A stretch of DNA of 64,000 nucleotides from Acidobacteriota bacterium (GTDB lineage Bacteria; Acidobacteriota; Thermoanaerobaculia; UBA5066; Gp7-AA6): assembly GCA_027307335.1 (NCBI GenBank), contig DAHUXD010000039.1:11625-75624 (forward strand), read 5' to 3'. The notes beneath the pieces were generated by a model that saw nothing but the letters and a program-made list of their open reading frames with translations, had not been told where the DNA came from and did not search any database. How positions within the stretch are numbered: the first letter of the stretch is position 1; each line of letters starts with the position of its first letter. Positions 1 through 8,554 of this stretch are shown piece by piece. A program made the translations under genes and the position numbers.

Positions 1-1
1 T

Positions 2-67
2 CAATCGCACATCGGCGAGAACGTCGGATCCACCGAGACGCACGTGCTGGTCATCGAACTCAAGTGA
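2..67 (+). CDS. C-terminal fragment of a cupin-like protein (partial, window edge)
   Basis: Frame 2 reads QSHIGENVGSTETHVLVIELK*. This resembles a cupin C-terminus and the end of the CDS at 10924 (THSLGNTGGEKAVMVEFELK). Confidence 0.6.
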   Translation, partial: QSHIGENVGSTETHVLVIELK

Positions 68-96
68 TCGCACCGGCACGGGTCGTCCCGGTGCGA
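68..96 (+). terminator. Hairpin after the partial cupin gene (possible terminator)
   Basis: TCGCACCGG...CCGGTGCGA inverted repeat directly after the stop codon, with no U-tract. Confidence 0.35.
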
Positions 97-192
97 AGCG
101 GTCACCACGATGTCCGGCCGGTTGACATGCGCTCGGGTTCGGCTCCTCGCGAGCCGCGGCCGCGCCATCCGTTTGGCGGCGGAAGCCGGCGG

Positions 193-693
193 ATGTGGTT
201 TGGAGGCTGGGCCCTCGTGGCGTTGGCATTGGCCTTCTGCAGCTCCGGGACCCGCGCCGCCGCCGGGACGCCGGCGACGGCACGGCCGGACTCGAGCTTC
301 GGCCGGAGCCTGAGTCTCGCCGTGTCGTTGGGAAGCGCCTTGAGGGCGGGGGACGCGGCGGTGACCGCGAACTTCGCGCTGACGAACACGGGGTCCGCGG
401 TCTTCCACGGGTGCTTCGGGCAGTCGTGGGGCGTCAGCGTGATCGTGGGAGGGCACTACGCCGGCTACGACGTCGGCGTCGACCATCCCCGGTGCGAAGA
501 GAAGTTGACGCTGCTGTCGGGCCAGACGATCGTGTGGTCGAAGAAGGTGCCGCTCAACGAGCTGCGGGAGGGCACGGCGAAAGTGACGGGGTGGGTGAAG
601 GTCATCGATCCGGCCACGTGCGCTCAACGCAGCGGTTGCCGCGAGGTCTCGGTCGCGTCTCCGCTGATGTCGCTGCCGGTCGGGGCGAGATAG
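193..693 (+). CDS. Secreted hypothetical protein (Ig-like/beta-rich, Cys pairs)
   Basis: N-terminal signal-like segment MWFGGWALVALALAFC; FALTNTG motif; several Cys. Confidence 0.55.
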   Translation: MWFGGWALVALALAFCSSGTRAAAGTPATARPDSSFGRSLSLAVSLGSALRAGDAAVTANFALTNTGSAVFHGCFGQSWGVSVIVGGHYAGYDVGVDHPRCEEKLTLLSGQTIVWSKKVPLNELREGTAKVTGWVKVIDPATCAQRSGCREVSVASPLMSLPVGAR

Positions 694-804
694 ATCGCGC
701 CGCCGCCCGACGGGCGCGCGCGGCGGGCTCGCTGCATGCCGCCGGATCCCCGCCGACCCGCCGCTCGTCCGTCGCGCCGTCCTCCGCCAGAATCCCGGAT
801 GCGC

Positions 805-831
805 TGTCGAATCGGGGCGGATCCGTTCGTC
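805..831 (+). promoter_or_regulatory. ECF42-type sigma promoter (TGTCGA-N17-CGTC)
   Basis: TGTCGA at 805-810 and CGTC at 828-831, upstream of the DGPF/YciI + ECF sigma pair; matches the described ECF42 motif. Confidence 0.65.
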
Positions 832-879
832 GCACGGGTGAGCGGGCGCCCGGGCGCGCCGCCCACGAGGGAGACCGAG

Positions 880-1212
880 ATGAAATACCTGATTTCCGTG
901 ATCGACGACGGGACCGGCCGGGCCACCCCGACGGAGGAGGCCGACATCGACGCGTTCAACGACCGGCTCCGAGCCGGGGGTCACTGGGTCTTCGCCGGCG
1001 GCCTCGGGTCGCCGGAGCCGGCCACCGTCGTCGACAACCGGCGCGGGAAGGCGGTGATCACCGACGGGCCCTTCCTGGAGTCGAAGGAGTACCTCGCCGG
1101 TCTCTGGATCGTCGAGGCGCCCGATCTCGACGTGGCGCTCGAGCTCGCCGCCGCCGGGTCGAAGGCCTGCCATCGGAAGATCGAGGTGCGGCCGTTTCTG
1201 GGAGCGGCGTGA
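880..1212 (+). CDS. YciI/DGPF-domain protein
   Basis: ITDGPFLESKEYLAG motif and IEVRP C-terminus; GGAG RBS. Confidence 0.9.
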   Translation: MKYLISVIDDGTGRATPTEEADIDAFNDRLRAGGHWVFAGGLGSPEPATVVDNRRGKAVITDGPFLESKEYLAGLWIVEAPDLDVALELAAAGSKACHRKIEVRPFLGAA

Positions 1213-2435
1213 TCGAGGCCGAGGAGGCGGTCGCGCGGGCTCACCGCGAGGAGTGGGCGCGAGTGGTCGCCGCGGTGGCCCGGCGCTTCGGCAGCCTCGA
1301 CATCGCCGAGGAGGCGGCGGCCGAGGCTTTTGCGGCCGCCGTCGCGAGGTGGCCGGCCGACGGCGTCCCCCCCAATCCCGGCGCATGGCTGACCACCACC
1401 GCCCACCACAAGGCCATCGACTGGATCCGGCGCGAGAACAAGCGCGACGACAAGCAGAAGAAGGCGCAGATGTCCTACGACGACGACTCGCCCGAGCCCA
1501 TCGACGCCATCGAAGACGAGCGGCTCCGGCTGATCTTCACCTGCTGCCACCCGGCGCTCTCGATGGAGGCCCGCGTGGCGCTGACCCTGCGCATGGTCGG
1601 CGGCCTGACCGTGCCCGAGATCGCCCGCGCCTTCCTGGTGCAGGAGACCACGATGGGGCAGCGGATCAGCCGCGCGAAGGCGAAGATCCGGCTCGCTCGC
1701 ATTCCCTATCGGACGCCGTCGGCGGAGGAGCTCCCGGGGCGGATCTCGGGAGTGCTCGCCGTCCTCTTCCTCGTCTTCAACGAGGGCTACCTGTCGACCG
1801 GTCCCGACCGCGATCCCATCCGTCCCGGCCTGACCGCCGAGGCGATCCGGCTCGTTCGCCTCATCCGCACCCTCATGCCGGAAGACGGCGAGGTGGCCGG
1901 GCTGCTGGCGCTGATGCTCCTGACCGAGGCGCGCCGGACGGCCCGGGTTTCGGGAAGCGGCGAGCTGGTCCCGCTCGCCGAGCAGGACCGCGGCGCCTGG
2001 AATGCGGCGCTGCTCGCCGAGGGCCATCGGCTGGTGCGAGAGCGCCGGGCCTCCGGCGAGGCGCCGGGCCGCTACCAGATCCTCGCGGCGATCAACGCCG
2101 TGCACACCTCGGCCCGGGATGTCCGGGACACCGACTGGGCGCAGGTTGTCGCCCTCTACGACCGGCTCGTCCGCCTCGACCCTTCGCCGGTCGTCGCCCT
2201 CAACCGGGCCATCGCGGTCGCCGAGCTCGAGGGCCCCGCGGTGGGGCTCGCGGCCGTCGACCGGCTCGAGGACCACCTGTCCGGTTACCACGCCTACCAC
2301 GCCACTCGCGCCGAGCTGCTCCGCCGGCTCGACGCGAATCGCGAGGCGCGCGCGGCCTACGACCGGGCCATCGAGCTCGCGGGCAACGTCGCCGAGACCG
2401 CCTACCTGAGGCGCCGCCGCGACCAGCTGGAGTAG
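1209..2435 (+). CDS. ECF RNA polymerase sigma-70 factor with C-terminal TPR-like extension (ECF42 group)
   Basis: AEEAAAEAF..WP..GVP.NP.AWL; RLRLIFTCCHPAL; LFLVFNEGY; GTGA overlap with the DGPF gene. Confidence 0.9.
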   Translation: MIEAEEAVARAHREEWARVVAAVARRFGSLDIAEEAAAEAFAAAVARWPADGVPPNPGAWLTTTAHHKAIDWIRRENKRDDKQKKAQMSYDDDSPEPIDAIEDERLRLIFTCCHPALSMEARVALTLRMVGGLTVPEIARAFLVQETTMGQRISRAKAKIRLARIPYRTPSAEELPGRISGVLAVLFLVFNEGYLSTGPDRDPIRPGLTAEAIRLVRLIRTLMPEDGEVAGLLALMLLTEARRTARVSGSGELVPLAEQDRGAWNAALLAEGHRLVRERRASGEAPGRYQILAAINAVHTSARDVRDTDWAQVVALYDRLVRLDPSPVVALNRAIAVAELEGPAVGLAAVDRLEDHLSGYHAYHATRAELLRRLDANREARAAYDRAIELAGNVAETAYLRRRRDQLE

Positions 2436-2489
2436 TCGACGCGGAGCGAGTCCGTCTGCTTGCGGCCCGGTTGGCGGTAGTCTCTCCGA

Positions 2490-3044
2490 ATGCGCCCGCT
2501 TCGGTATTCGATCAACGTCACGCTGGACGGGTGCTGCGATCATCGCGTCATGATCGCGGACGAGGAGATCCATCGTCACGTGGCCGAGAGCATCGACCGG
2601 GCCGATGCCCTCCTCTTCGGACGGGTGACGTTCGAGATGATGGAGGCGGGGTGGCGGTGGCCGGCGGGGGCGAGGCCCGATGGGGTGGCGCCCTGGATGG
2701 AGCCCTTCGCCCGCACGATCGACGCGAAGAAGAAGTACGTGGTGTCGAGCACTCGGGAACGGGTCGACTGGAACGCGGAGCTCGTGCGCGGGAATCTGGC
2801 GGAGGCCGTGGAACGGCTGAAGCGGGAGCCGGGGAGGGGGCTGCTCACGGGAGGCGTGACGCTCCCGCTGGCGCTGACGGAGCTGGGGCTGATCGACGAG
2901 TACGAGTTCGTCGTGCAGCCCCGGCTGGCGGGGCACGGGCCGACCCTGTTCGCCGGGCTGTCGAAGCGCGTCGACCTGAAGCTCGTGGGCCGGATGGAGT
3001 TCGGCTCGGGAGCGGTCGCGATGCGGTACGAGCCGCGGAGGTAG
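2490..3044 (+). CDS. Dihydrofolate reductase-like / RibD C-terminal family protein
   Basis: INVTLDG, LLFGRVTFE, LIDEY..VVQP..G.G..LF. Confidence 0.9.
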   Translation: MRPLRYSINVTLDGCCDHRVMIADEEIHRHVAESIDRADALLFGRVTFEMMEAGWRWPAGARPDGVAPWMEPFARTIDAKKKYVVSSTRERVDWNAELVRGNLAEAVERLKREPGRGLLTGGVTLPLALTELGLIDEYEFVVQPRLAGHGPTLFAGLSKRVDLKLVGRMEFGSGAVAMRYEPRR

Positions 3045-3053
3045 GAGGACGCC

Positions 3054-3440
3054 GTGAAGAGAGTCACCGGAATCGGAGGAGTCTTCTTTCACGCGAAGGA
3101 TCCGGCCGCGCTCGGCGCCTGGTACAAGAAGCATCTCGGCATCGACGTCCAGGGCTGGGGCGGGGCCGCGTTCCGCTGGACGGACGCGGAGGGCAAGCCG
3201 GTCCGGGGGACGACGGCCTGGCTGATCGCGCCCGCCGGCTCCGACCAGTTCGCGCCGAGCCGGTCGCCCTTCATGATCGATTACCGAGTCGACGACCTCG
3301 GCGCGCTTCTCGAGGCGCTTCGCGCCGAAGGCTGCGAGGTGCTCGAGAAAACCGAAGAGTCCGAGTACGGGAAGTTCGGGTGGGTCATGGATCCGGAGGG
3401 CAACAAGATCGAGCTGTGGCAGCCGCCGCCGGGCCAGTGA
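3054..3440 (+). CDS. VOC/glyoxalase family protein
   Basis: RVTGIGGVFF, YRVDDL, YGKFGWVMDPEGNKIELW. Confidence 0.9.
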   Translation: MKRVTGIGGVFFHAKDPAALGAWYKKHLGIDVQGWGGAAFRWTDAEGKPVRGTTAWLIAPAGSDQFAPSRSPFMIDYRVDDLGALLEALRAEGCEVLEKTEESEYGKFGWVMDPEGNKIELWQPPPGQ

Positions 3441-3445
3441 GTTCC

Positions 3446-4876
3446 ATGCCCGAGGTGGCGGCCGAAACGCTGGAGTCGGACTACCTCGTCGTCGGCGCCG
3501 GGACCGCCGGAATGGCGTTCACCGACGCGCTGCTCGCGCACTCCGACGCGACCGTCACGATCGTCGATCGCCGCCACGCCCCCGGCGGACACTGGGTCGA
3601 CGCCTATCCTTACGTCCGTCTCCATCAGCCGTCCGCGTTCTATGGAGTGAACTCGGTGCCGCTCGGGCGGGACGCCCGCGACGTGGCCGGGACCAACGCG
3701 GGCTACTACGAGCTCGCCGGCGCGGACGAGATCCGCGACTACTTCGCGAAGGTGATGCACGGGCGCTTCCTGCCCACCGGCCGCGTCCGGTACTTCCCGA
3801 GCAGCGAGTATGTCGGCGAGGGCCGCTTCGTCTCGCGGCTCGCGAACGTCTCGCGGACCGTGCGCGCGCGGAAGGTCGTCGACGCGCGGTACGTCGAGGG
3901 CGAGATTCCCGCGACCTCGCCGCCTCCGTTCGAGGTGGCCGCCGGCGTGCGCTGTGTGGCCGCCGGCGGGATCGCCCGAGTGGAGGACCGCCCGGAGCGG
4001 TTCGTCGTCATCGGCGCGGGCAAGACCGCGCTCGACGCGTGCGTCTGGCTCCTCGAGCAGGGCGTTCCCGCATCGGCGATCCGCTGGATCAAGGCGCGCG
4101 AGGCCCGGTGGGTGAACCGGCGTTTTCAGCAGCCGCACGCGCTGCTGCCCGACTTCTATGGCGGCGCGGCGATGCAGATCGAGGCGATGGCCCAGGCGGC
4201 GTCGACCCGGGATCTCTTCGACCGTCTCGAGGCGGAGGAGTACTTCCTGCGCGTCGATCCCGCCGTCGCGCCGACGATGTTTCGCGGGGCCGTGATCAGC
4301 GAGGGCGAGCTGCGGCTCCTCCGTCGCATCGAGGACGTCGTCCGCCTCGGGCACGTGCGCCGGATCGAGCGCGACGAGATCGTGCTCGACGGAGGCCGCG
4401 TGCCGACGAGCGATCGAACCGTGCACGTCCACTGCGCGGCGAGAGGCCTGTCGCGCCCGCCCCTTCGTCCGATCTTCGAGCCCGGACGCGTGACCGTTCA
4501 GCCCTTCCAGTGGGGCTTCGTCTCCTTTCAGTTCGCGCTGCTGGGCTTCCTCGAGGCCACGATCGAGAGCGACGCGGAGAAGAATCGTCTCTGCCAGCCG
4601 ATCGCGTACTGGGACGTGGACACGGACTACCTGACGGCGTTCCGGGCGACGCTCGTCAACCAGCAGGCGTGGGCCGCGCACCCGGCGATCGCGAGCTGGG
4701 CGAGGAGCACACGTCTCAATCCGATGACCGGCGTCGAGCTCCTCCGCGACGACCCGTCCGTCGCCGACTCGCGCGAACGAATCCGGCGCTTCGCGGCCGG
4801 GGCCGTGAGCAATCTCGCGAGGCTCGTCGAGGAGGGCGGCCCCGGACCGGGGCGCGACGGTTCCCGCGAGGCCTGA
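3446..4876 (+). CDS. NAD(P)/FAD-dependent oxidoreductase
   Basis: DYLVVGAGTAG, PGGHW..AYPYVRLHQ, second motif VVIGAGKTALD. Confidence 0.85.
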   Translation: MPEVAAETLESDYLVVGAGTAGMAFTDALLAHSDATVTIVDRRHAPGGHWVDAYPYVRLHQPSAFYGVNSVPLGRDARDVAGTNAGYYELAGADEIRDYFAKVMHGRFLPTGRVRYFPSSEYVGEGRFVSRLANVSRTVRARKVVDARYVEGEIPATSPPPFEVAAGVRCVAAGGIARVEDRPERFVVIGAGKTALDACVWLLEQGVPASAIRWIKAREARWVNRRFQQPHALLPDFYGGAAMQIEAMAQAASTRDLFDRLEAEEYFLRVDPAVAPTMFRGAVISEGELRLLRRIEDVVRLGHVRRIERDEIVLDGGRVPTSDRTVHVHCAARGLSRPPLRPIFEPGRVTVQPFQWGFVSFQFALLGFLEATIESDAEKNRLCQPIAYWDVDTDYLTAFRATLVNQQAWAAHPAIASWARSTRLNPMTGVELLRDDPSVADSRERIRRFAAGAVSNLARLVEEGGPGPGRDGSREA

Positions 4877-4972
4877 CCTCGGCAGGCGCTCGTCGTGCGC
4901 TTTCGAGGACAGGGCGGAATCCTCCCTTCGCGAGCAAGCCTCCTGTCTGGAGTATTTGTGGGAGCTCGGGTT

Positions 4973-4987
4973 TGGCACCCGCATTGC
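4973..4987 (+). promoter_or_regulatory. Putative sigma-54 (-24/-12) promoter
   Basis: TGGCACCCGCATTGC versus consensus TGGCACG-N4-TTGC, with correct GG/GC spacing, about 50 nt upstream of an ATG with AGGAGG RBS. Confidence 0.55.
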
Positions 4988-5037
4988 GATGGAAAGGGCG
5001 CGACCCGCGGCGGAGCTCGCGGGCAGGAGGTCGCAAA

Positions 5038-5391
5038 ATGAAGAGAGCGCTTCGCAGGACGGCGTTGCCAGCCCTCGTCGTCGCGGCGGCCGGGATGTTC
5101 GCGTTCGCGTCGCCGGCGAAGGCCGGCGTGGGCTTCGGGTTCTATGGCCCGGGCGTCTCGGTCTCGATCGGCGTCCCCGGACCGTTCTATCCTGGTTATG
5201 TCGTGCCCGCTCCCCGCGCGGTCTTCTATCGCCCGTATTACGGCTACGGTTTCTGGGCGCCCGCGGGCTTCGGTTACGCGGCGCCGTACTGGGTGCCGGT
5301 GCGGCCGTACCACTCGCGCTGGATCGTGTCGCCCTACGGGCGCTACGCGCGGGGATACGGACGCGCGTACGGACACGGACGCCATTGGTGA
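5038..5391 (+). CDS. Small secreted Gly/Tyr/Pro-rich protein
   Basis: AGGAGG RBS; signal peptide ending ASPAKA; low-complexity G/Y/P mature region. Confidence 0.75.
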   Translation: MKRALRRTALPALVVAAAGMFAFASPAKAGVGFGFYGPGVSVSIGVPGPFYPGYVVPAPRAVFYRPYYGYGFWAPAGFGYAAPYWVPVRPYHSRWIVSPYGRYARGYGRAYGHGRHW

Positions 5392-5460
5392 GCGCGCGTC
5401 GGTCCTGAAATCTCGCTTCGCCCCCGACGTCTCGAGGCCGGAGCGTTAGGCTTCGCGGCG

Positions 5461-5964
5461 ATGGGCCGCGTGAAGAGCGAGGGTGGGCGACGACGGGCGC
5501 TCTGGCGCTGCGCGAAATGTGGCCGGCGCTTCGCGAACCGCAACCAGTCCCACTTCTGCCGGTCTCGCCGGCCGCTCCGGAACCACTTCGAGGGCAAACC
5601 GAGCGCCGTCCGGAGACTCTTCGAGCAGGTGCGGGCGGCGGTGGAATCCTGCGGCCCCGTGACGGTCTTGTCGGAGAAGACCCGGATCGCCTTTCACGTC
5701 CGGATGTCGTTCATGGCGATCATGGTTCAGCGGTCGGGGCTCCGAGGTCACTTCGTCTTCGCGTCGGTCCACGAGCACTCGCGCTTTGCCCGGGTGGACA
5801 CCATCTCCCCGCGGAATCACGTCCACCACTTTCGCCTAGCGGGGCCGGGCGACGTCGATGCCACGTTCATCGCGTGGGTGGCCGAGGCGTATTCCGTGGG
5901 GAGGCAGGAGCACCTCTCGAGCCGCGTCGACGCCCGCGGGCCGGGGAAGACTCCCGGAGGCTGA
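5461..5964 (+). CDS. DUF5655-like protein with N-terminal CxxC
   Basis: WRCAKCGRRFANRNQSHFC, then KTRIAF and HVHHFRL. Confidence 0.75.
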   Translation: MGRVKSEGGRRRALWRCAKCGRRFANRNQSHFCRSRRPLRNHFEGKPSAVRRLFEQVRAAVESCGPVTVLSEKTRIAFHVRMSFMAIMVQRSGLRGHFVFASVHEHSRFARVDTISPRNHVHHFRLAGPGDVDATFIAWVAEAYSVGRQEHLSSRVDARGPGKTPGG

Positions 5965-5995
5965 AGATCGGGCGGCGAGGCGCTAAGCTCTGCGC

Positions 5996-6388
5996 GTGGG
6001 CGACGCGCCGCCGGACACCCCCTCGATCGAGTCCGCCGCTCCGCAGTTCCTCGTCGAGAGGCTCGACGTCTCGCTGGCGTTCTACGAGGACCGGCTCGGC
6101 TTCTCCCGCGACTTCGTCTACGAGGGCTTCTACGCCGGCGTGTCCCGCGGTCGAGCGCTCCTCCATCTGAAGTGCGCGCCGAAGCTCGCCGCGGAGCGCG
6201 CGCATCGACGGGCGGGCGACCATCTCGACGCGTATCTCCAGGTCTCCGGGATCGACCGGCTGCACTCGGAGCTCGTCGCTCGCGGCGCCTCCATCGCCAG
6301 GCCCCTCGAGCGGCAACCCTGGGGCACGCGCGATTTCCACGTCGTGGATCCCGACGGCTACATCCTGTGTTTCTCCGAGCGCGAATGA
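5996..6388 (+). CDS. VOC / bleomycin-resistance family protein
   Basis: SLAFYEDRLGF, PWGTRDFHVVDPDGYILCF. Confidence 0.88.
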   Translation: MGDAPPDTPSIESAAPQFLVERLDVSLAFYEDRLGFSRDFVYEGFYAGVSRGRALLHLKCAPKLAAERAHRRAGDHLDAYLQVSGIDRLHSELVARGASIARPLERQPWGTRDFHVVDPDGYILCFSERE

Positions 6389-6753
6389 AGGATCCGAGGG
6401 CTCGGGCGGCGAGCGAGGAGGCGGGAGTGAAAGGGACCGAGCGATTCGAGGCCGTCGTGCTCGAGGGACACAAGGGTCTGGCCTTCGAGCTGCCGTTCAG
6501 CCCGTCCGCGCGATGGGGCATCGAGGAAGAGCGCCTCTGGCCGGGGCGCCGCGGGTACCGCGTGAAGGGGTCGGTGAATCGCGTGCGGTTCGAGAGCGTC
6601 GTCGTGCCGCGGTCGCGGCGCTTCTTCGTGCTCGTCTCGGAAGAGATGAAACGAGCCGGTCGTCTGCGAGCGGGCTCCGCTGTGAAGGTCTCGATCGGAG
6701 CGGCGTCGCGCTCGCGCGGCGAGCGCCGCCCCGAAGCCCTCTCCCGGCGGTAG
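6385..6753 (+). CDS. DUF1905-like protein
   Basis: RVKGSVN..RFES; GSAVKVSI; ATGA overlap with the upstream gene. Confidence 0.65.
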   Translation: MKDPRARAASEEAGVKGTERFEAVVLEGHKGLAFELPFSPSARWGIEEERLWPGRRGYRVKGSVNRVRFESVVVPRSRRFFVLVSEEMKRAGRLRAGSAVKVSIGAASRSRGERRPEALSRR

Positions 6754-6769
6754 AGGGTGGGGTGAGGGG
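6737..6769. repeat. CCCTCTCCC/GGGAGAGGG-type palindromic repeat (degenerate)
   Basis: CCCTCTCCCGGCGGTAGAGGGTGGGGTGAGGGG; same family as copies at 37415 and 46989-47097; contains the TAG of the upstream CDS. Confidence 0.55.
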
Positions 6770-6789
6770 CGACCGGGGGGAGGATTTCC

Positions 6790-7251
6790 ATGACTGACCA
6801 GGCCGAGCGAATCCGCCGTGCCGTCATCGATGCCGGTCTGAGCGCCTACGAGGACGCGGGCGTCCGGGGCCTTTGCGAGGAGGGACGCTGGGAGGCAGCG
6901 GTGGACGCGATGCGATCGCTCGACCTCTCCGCGGACAGGGAGGGCGACCGCGGCGAGATCCACGAGCTCGCGCGATACGAGATCCGGCCGGAGGCGCTGG
7001 AGCAGTGTCTCGCCGCGATCCACGAGTTCGTCGCGTACGTGCGCGCGAGCGAGCCGGGCGCGCTGCGCTACGAGGTGTGGCAGGAGGCCGAGCGCCCGAC
7101 CCGCTTCGTCCACATCTTCGTCTGGAGGGACGAGGAGGCGAACCGGATCCACGGAGAGTCCGCCGCGGTGAAGAAGTTCGCGGGCATCCTGTACCCGAAC
7201 TGTCTCGCGCCCGTCGAGTTTCGCGTCTACCGGCAGATCGATGCGGCCTGA
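6790..7251 (+). CDS. ABM (antibiotic biosynthesis monooxygenase) domain protein with an extra N-terminal helical module
   Basis: C-terminal EPGALRYEVWQ..PTRFVHIFVW..H; N-terminal AYEDAGVRGLCEEGRWE segment. Confidence 0.7.
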   Translation: MTDQAERIRRAVIDAGLSAYEDAGVRGLCEEGRWEAAVDAMRSLDLSADREGDRGEIHELARYEIRPEALEQCLAAIHEFVAYVRASEPGALRYEVWQEAERPTRFVHIFVWRDEEANRIHGESAAVKKFAGILYPNCLAPVEFRVYRQIDAA

Positions 7252-7645
7252 CGCGACGGCGTTCTTGCCGAAAGCGGCGCTGGGCCTCCTCCTGCTCGCT
7301 TCCGGATGCGTCTCGGTCGCGAGACTCACGACGCTCTCGGATCCCGGCTGTCAGCAGAGGCTCACGACGGCGCTCGCCTCCGTGCTGCAGGGCCAGGGCG
7401 AAGCGCCCGAGGAGGCGCAGCGCCTCGCCGGGTCGGCCGTGGAAGCGCTGCGGACCGTCGAGCTCGGCCCGCGGCCGTTTCTCGTGGCGGCTCCGTCGGG
7501 CGTCGACTACTCCTTCTTCGTCGAACGGAAGGGCGCGTCGTGTCTCCTCCGGCTCTATGGACGCCAGAAGGGGTTCGTCTCGTACACGAACGACCTCACC
7601 TACATCGCGACCGAACCTCTCGCGCCGTGCGAGTGCGCGGAATGA
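7241..7645 (+). CDS. Hypothetical lipoprotein
   Basis: Lipobox LLLASGC; additional Cys residues; overlaps the upstream stop. Confidence 0.65.
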   Translation: MRPDATAFLPKAALGLLLLASGCVSVARLTTLSDPGCQQRLTTALASVLQGQGEAPEEAQRLAGSAVEALRTVELGPRPFLVAAPSGVDYSFFVERKGASCLLRLYGRQKGFVSYTNDLTYIATEPLAPCECAE

Positions 7646-7718
7646 AAGAGCCGGCGACGCTCGAAGCGGCGCGAGCCGCGACGTTCCGGTGCTAACCTTC
7701 CGGCTCCGAGGAACGCCC

Positions 7719-8099
7719 ATGCCCCGTCAGATCGTCGCGACGCCGAACGCCGCCCAATCTCCCGCGACGTACAGCCAGGCCGTGAAGGCCGCCGGGCTCG
7801 TCTTCGTCTCGGGCACCGCGCCGGCCGATCCGGCGACCGGCGCCCTCAAGGGCGCGACGATCCAGGAGCAGACGCGTCAGTGCCTGACCAACGTCGCGGC
7901 GATCCTCGAGGCGGCGGGGAGCTCGATGGACAAGATCGTCAGCGCGACGGTCGTGCTCGCGGACGAGGACGACTTCGCCGGCATGAACGAGGAGTGGCTG
8001 CGCTGGTTTCCGTCGAATCCTCCGGCGCGTCAGGGCGCGAAGCTTCCGGCCCGGATCCCCGGACTGAAGGTCTCGATCGCCGTGATCGCCGAGGCCTGA
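7719..8099 (+). CDS. RidA/YjgF/YER057c/UK114 family protein
   Basis: YSQAVKAAGLVFVSG, FAGMNEEW, PPAR. Confidence 0.9.
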   Translation: MPRQIVATPNAAQSPATYSQAVKAAGLVFVSGTAPADPATGALKGATIQEQTRQCLTNVAAILEAAGSSMDKIVSATVVLADEDDFAGMNEEWLRWFPSNPPARQGAKLPARIPGLKVSIAVIAEA

Positions 8100-8118
8100 C
8101 GCGCGCTGGGACGAGCGC

Positions 8119-8526
8119 TTGAAACCGGAGATTCCTCCCGCCGTTCCGGAGATGCCGGTCGGCGACCTCGCCGCCGCGACGAGCTATTACCGCGACCGGC
8201 TGGGATTCGTCCTCGACTGGGGCGGCGAGGAGCTCGGCCTCGCGGGAATCTCGAACGGGCCGTGTCGGATCTTTCTCGCGAGCGTCGGGTATCGCGCGAG
8301 TTACGGCAACGCCGGCCCCTCCCTGATCTGGCTCAATCTGGGAAGCCGGGAGGAGGTGGACGAGCTCCATCGCGCCTGGAGCGCCGCCGGCGCGCGCATC
8401 GTCTCCGCTCCGGAGTCGAAGCCGTGGGGCCTCCACGAGTTCACCGCGGCCGACCTCGATGGCAACCTGCTGCGCGTCTTTCACGACTTCGCGACGCCGG
8501 AGCGGGAGCGGCGAGAAGGCCGATGA
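8119..8526 (+). CDS. VOC / bleomycin-resistance family protein
   Basis: YYRDRLGF, PESKPWGLHEFTAADLDGNLLRVF. Confidence 0.85.
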   Translation: MKPEIPPAVPEMPVGDLAAATSYYRDRLGFVLDWGGEELGLAGISNGPCRIFLASVGYRASYGNAGPSLIWLNLGSREEVDELHRAWSAAGARIVSAPESKPWGLHEFTAADLDGNLLRVFHDFATPERERREGR

Positions 8527-8554
8527 AGGAGAGCGCCAGAGGATGCGGAGGCGC

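Noticed and set aside
1253..4876. 1207-aa ORF that looks like a giant fusion
   Set aside because: Only the last about 476 aa (from ATG 3446) are protein-like. The upstream part is an Arg/Gly/Pro-rich alternative frame over the sigma, DHFR-like and VOC genes.
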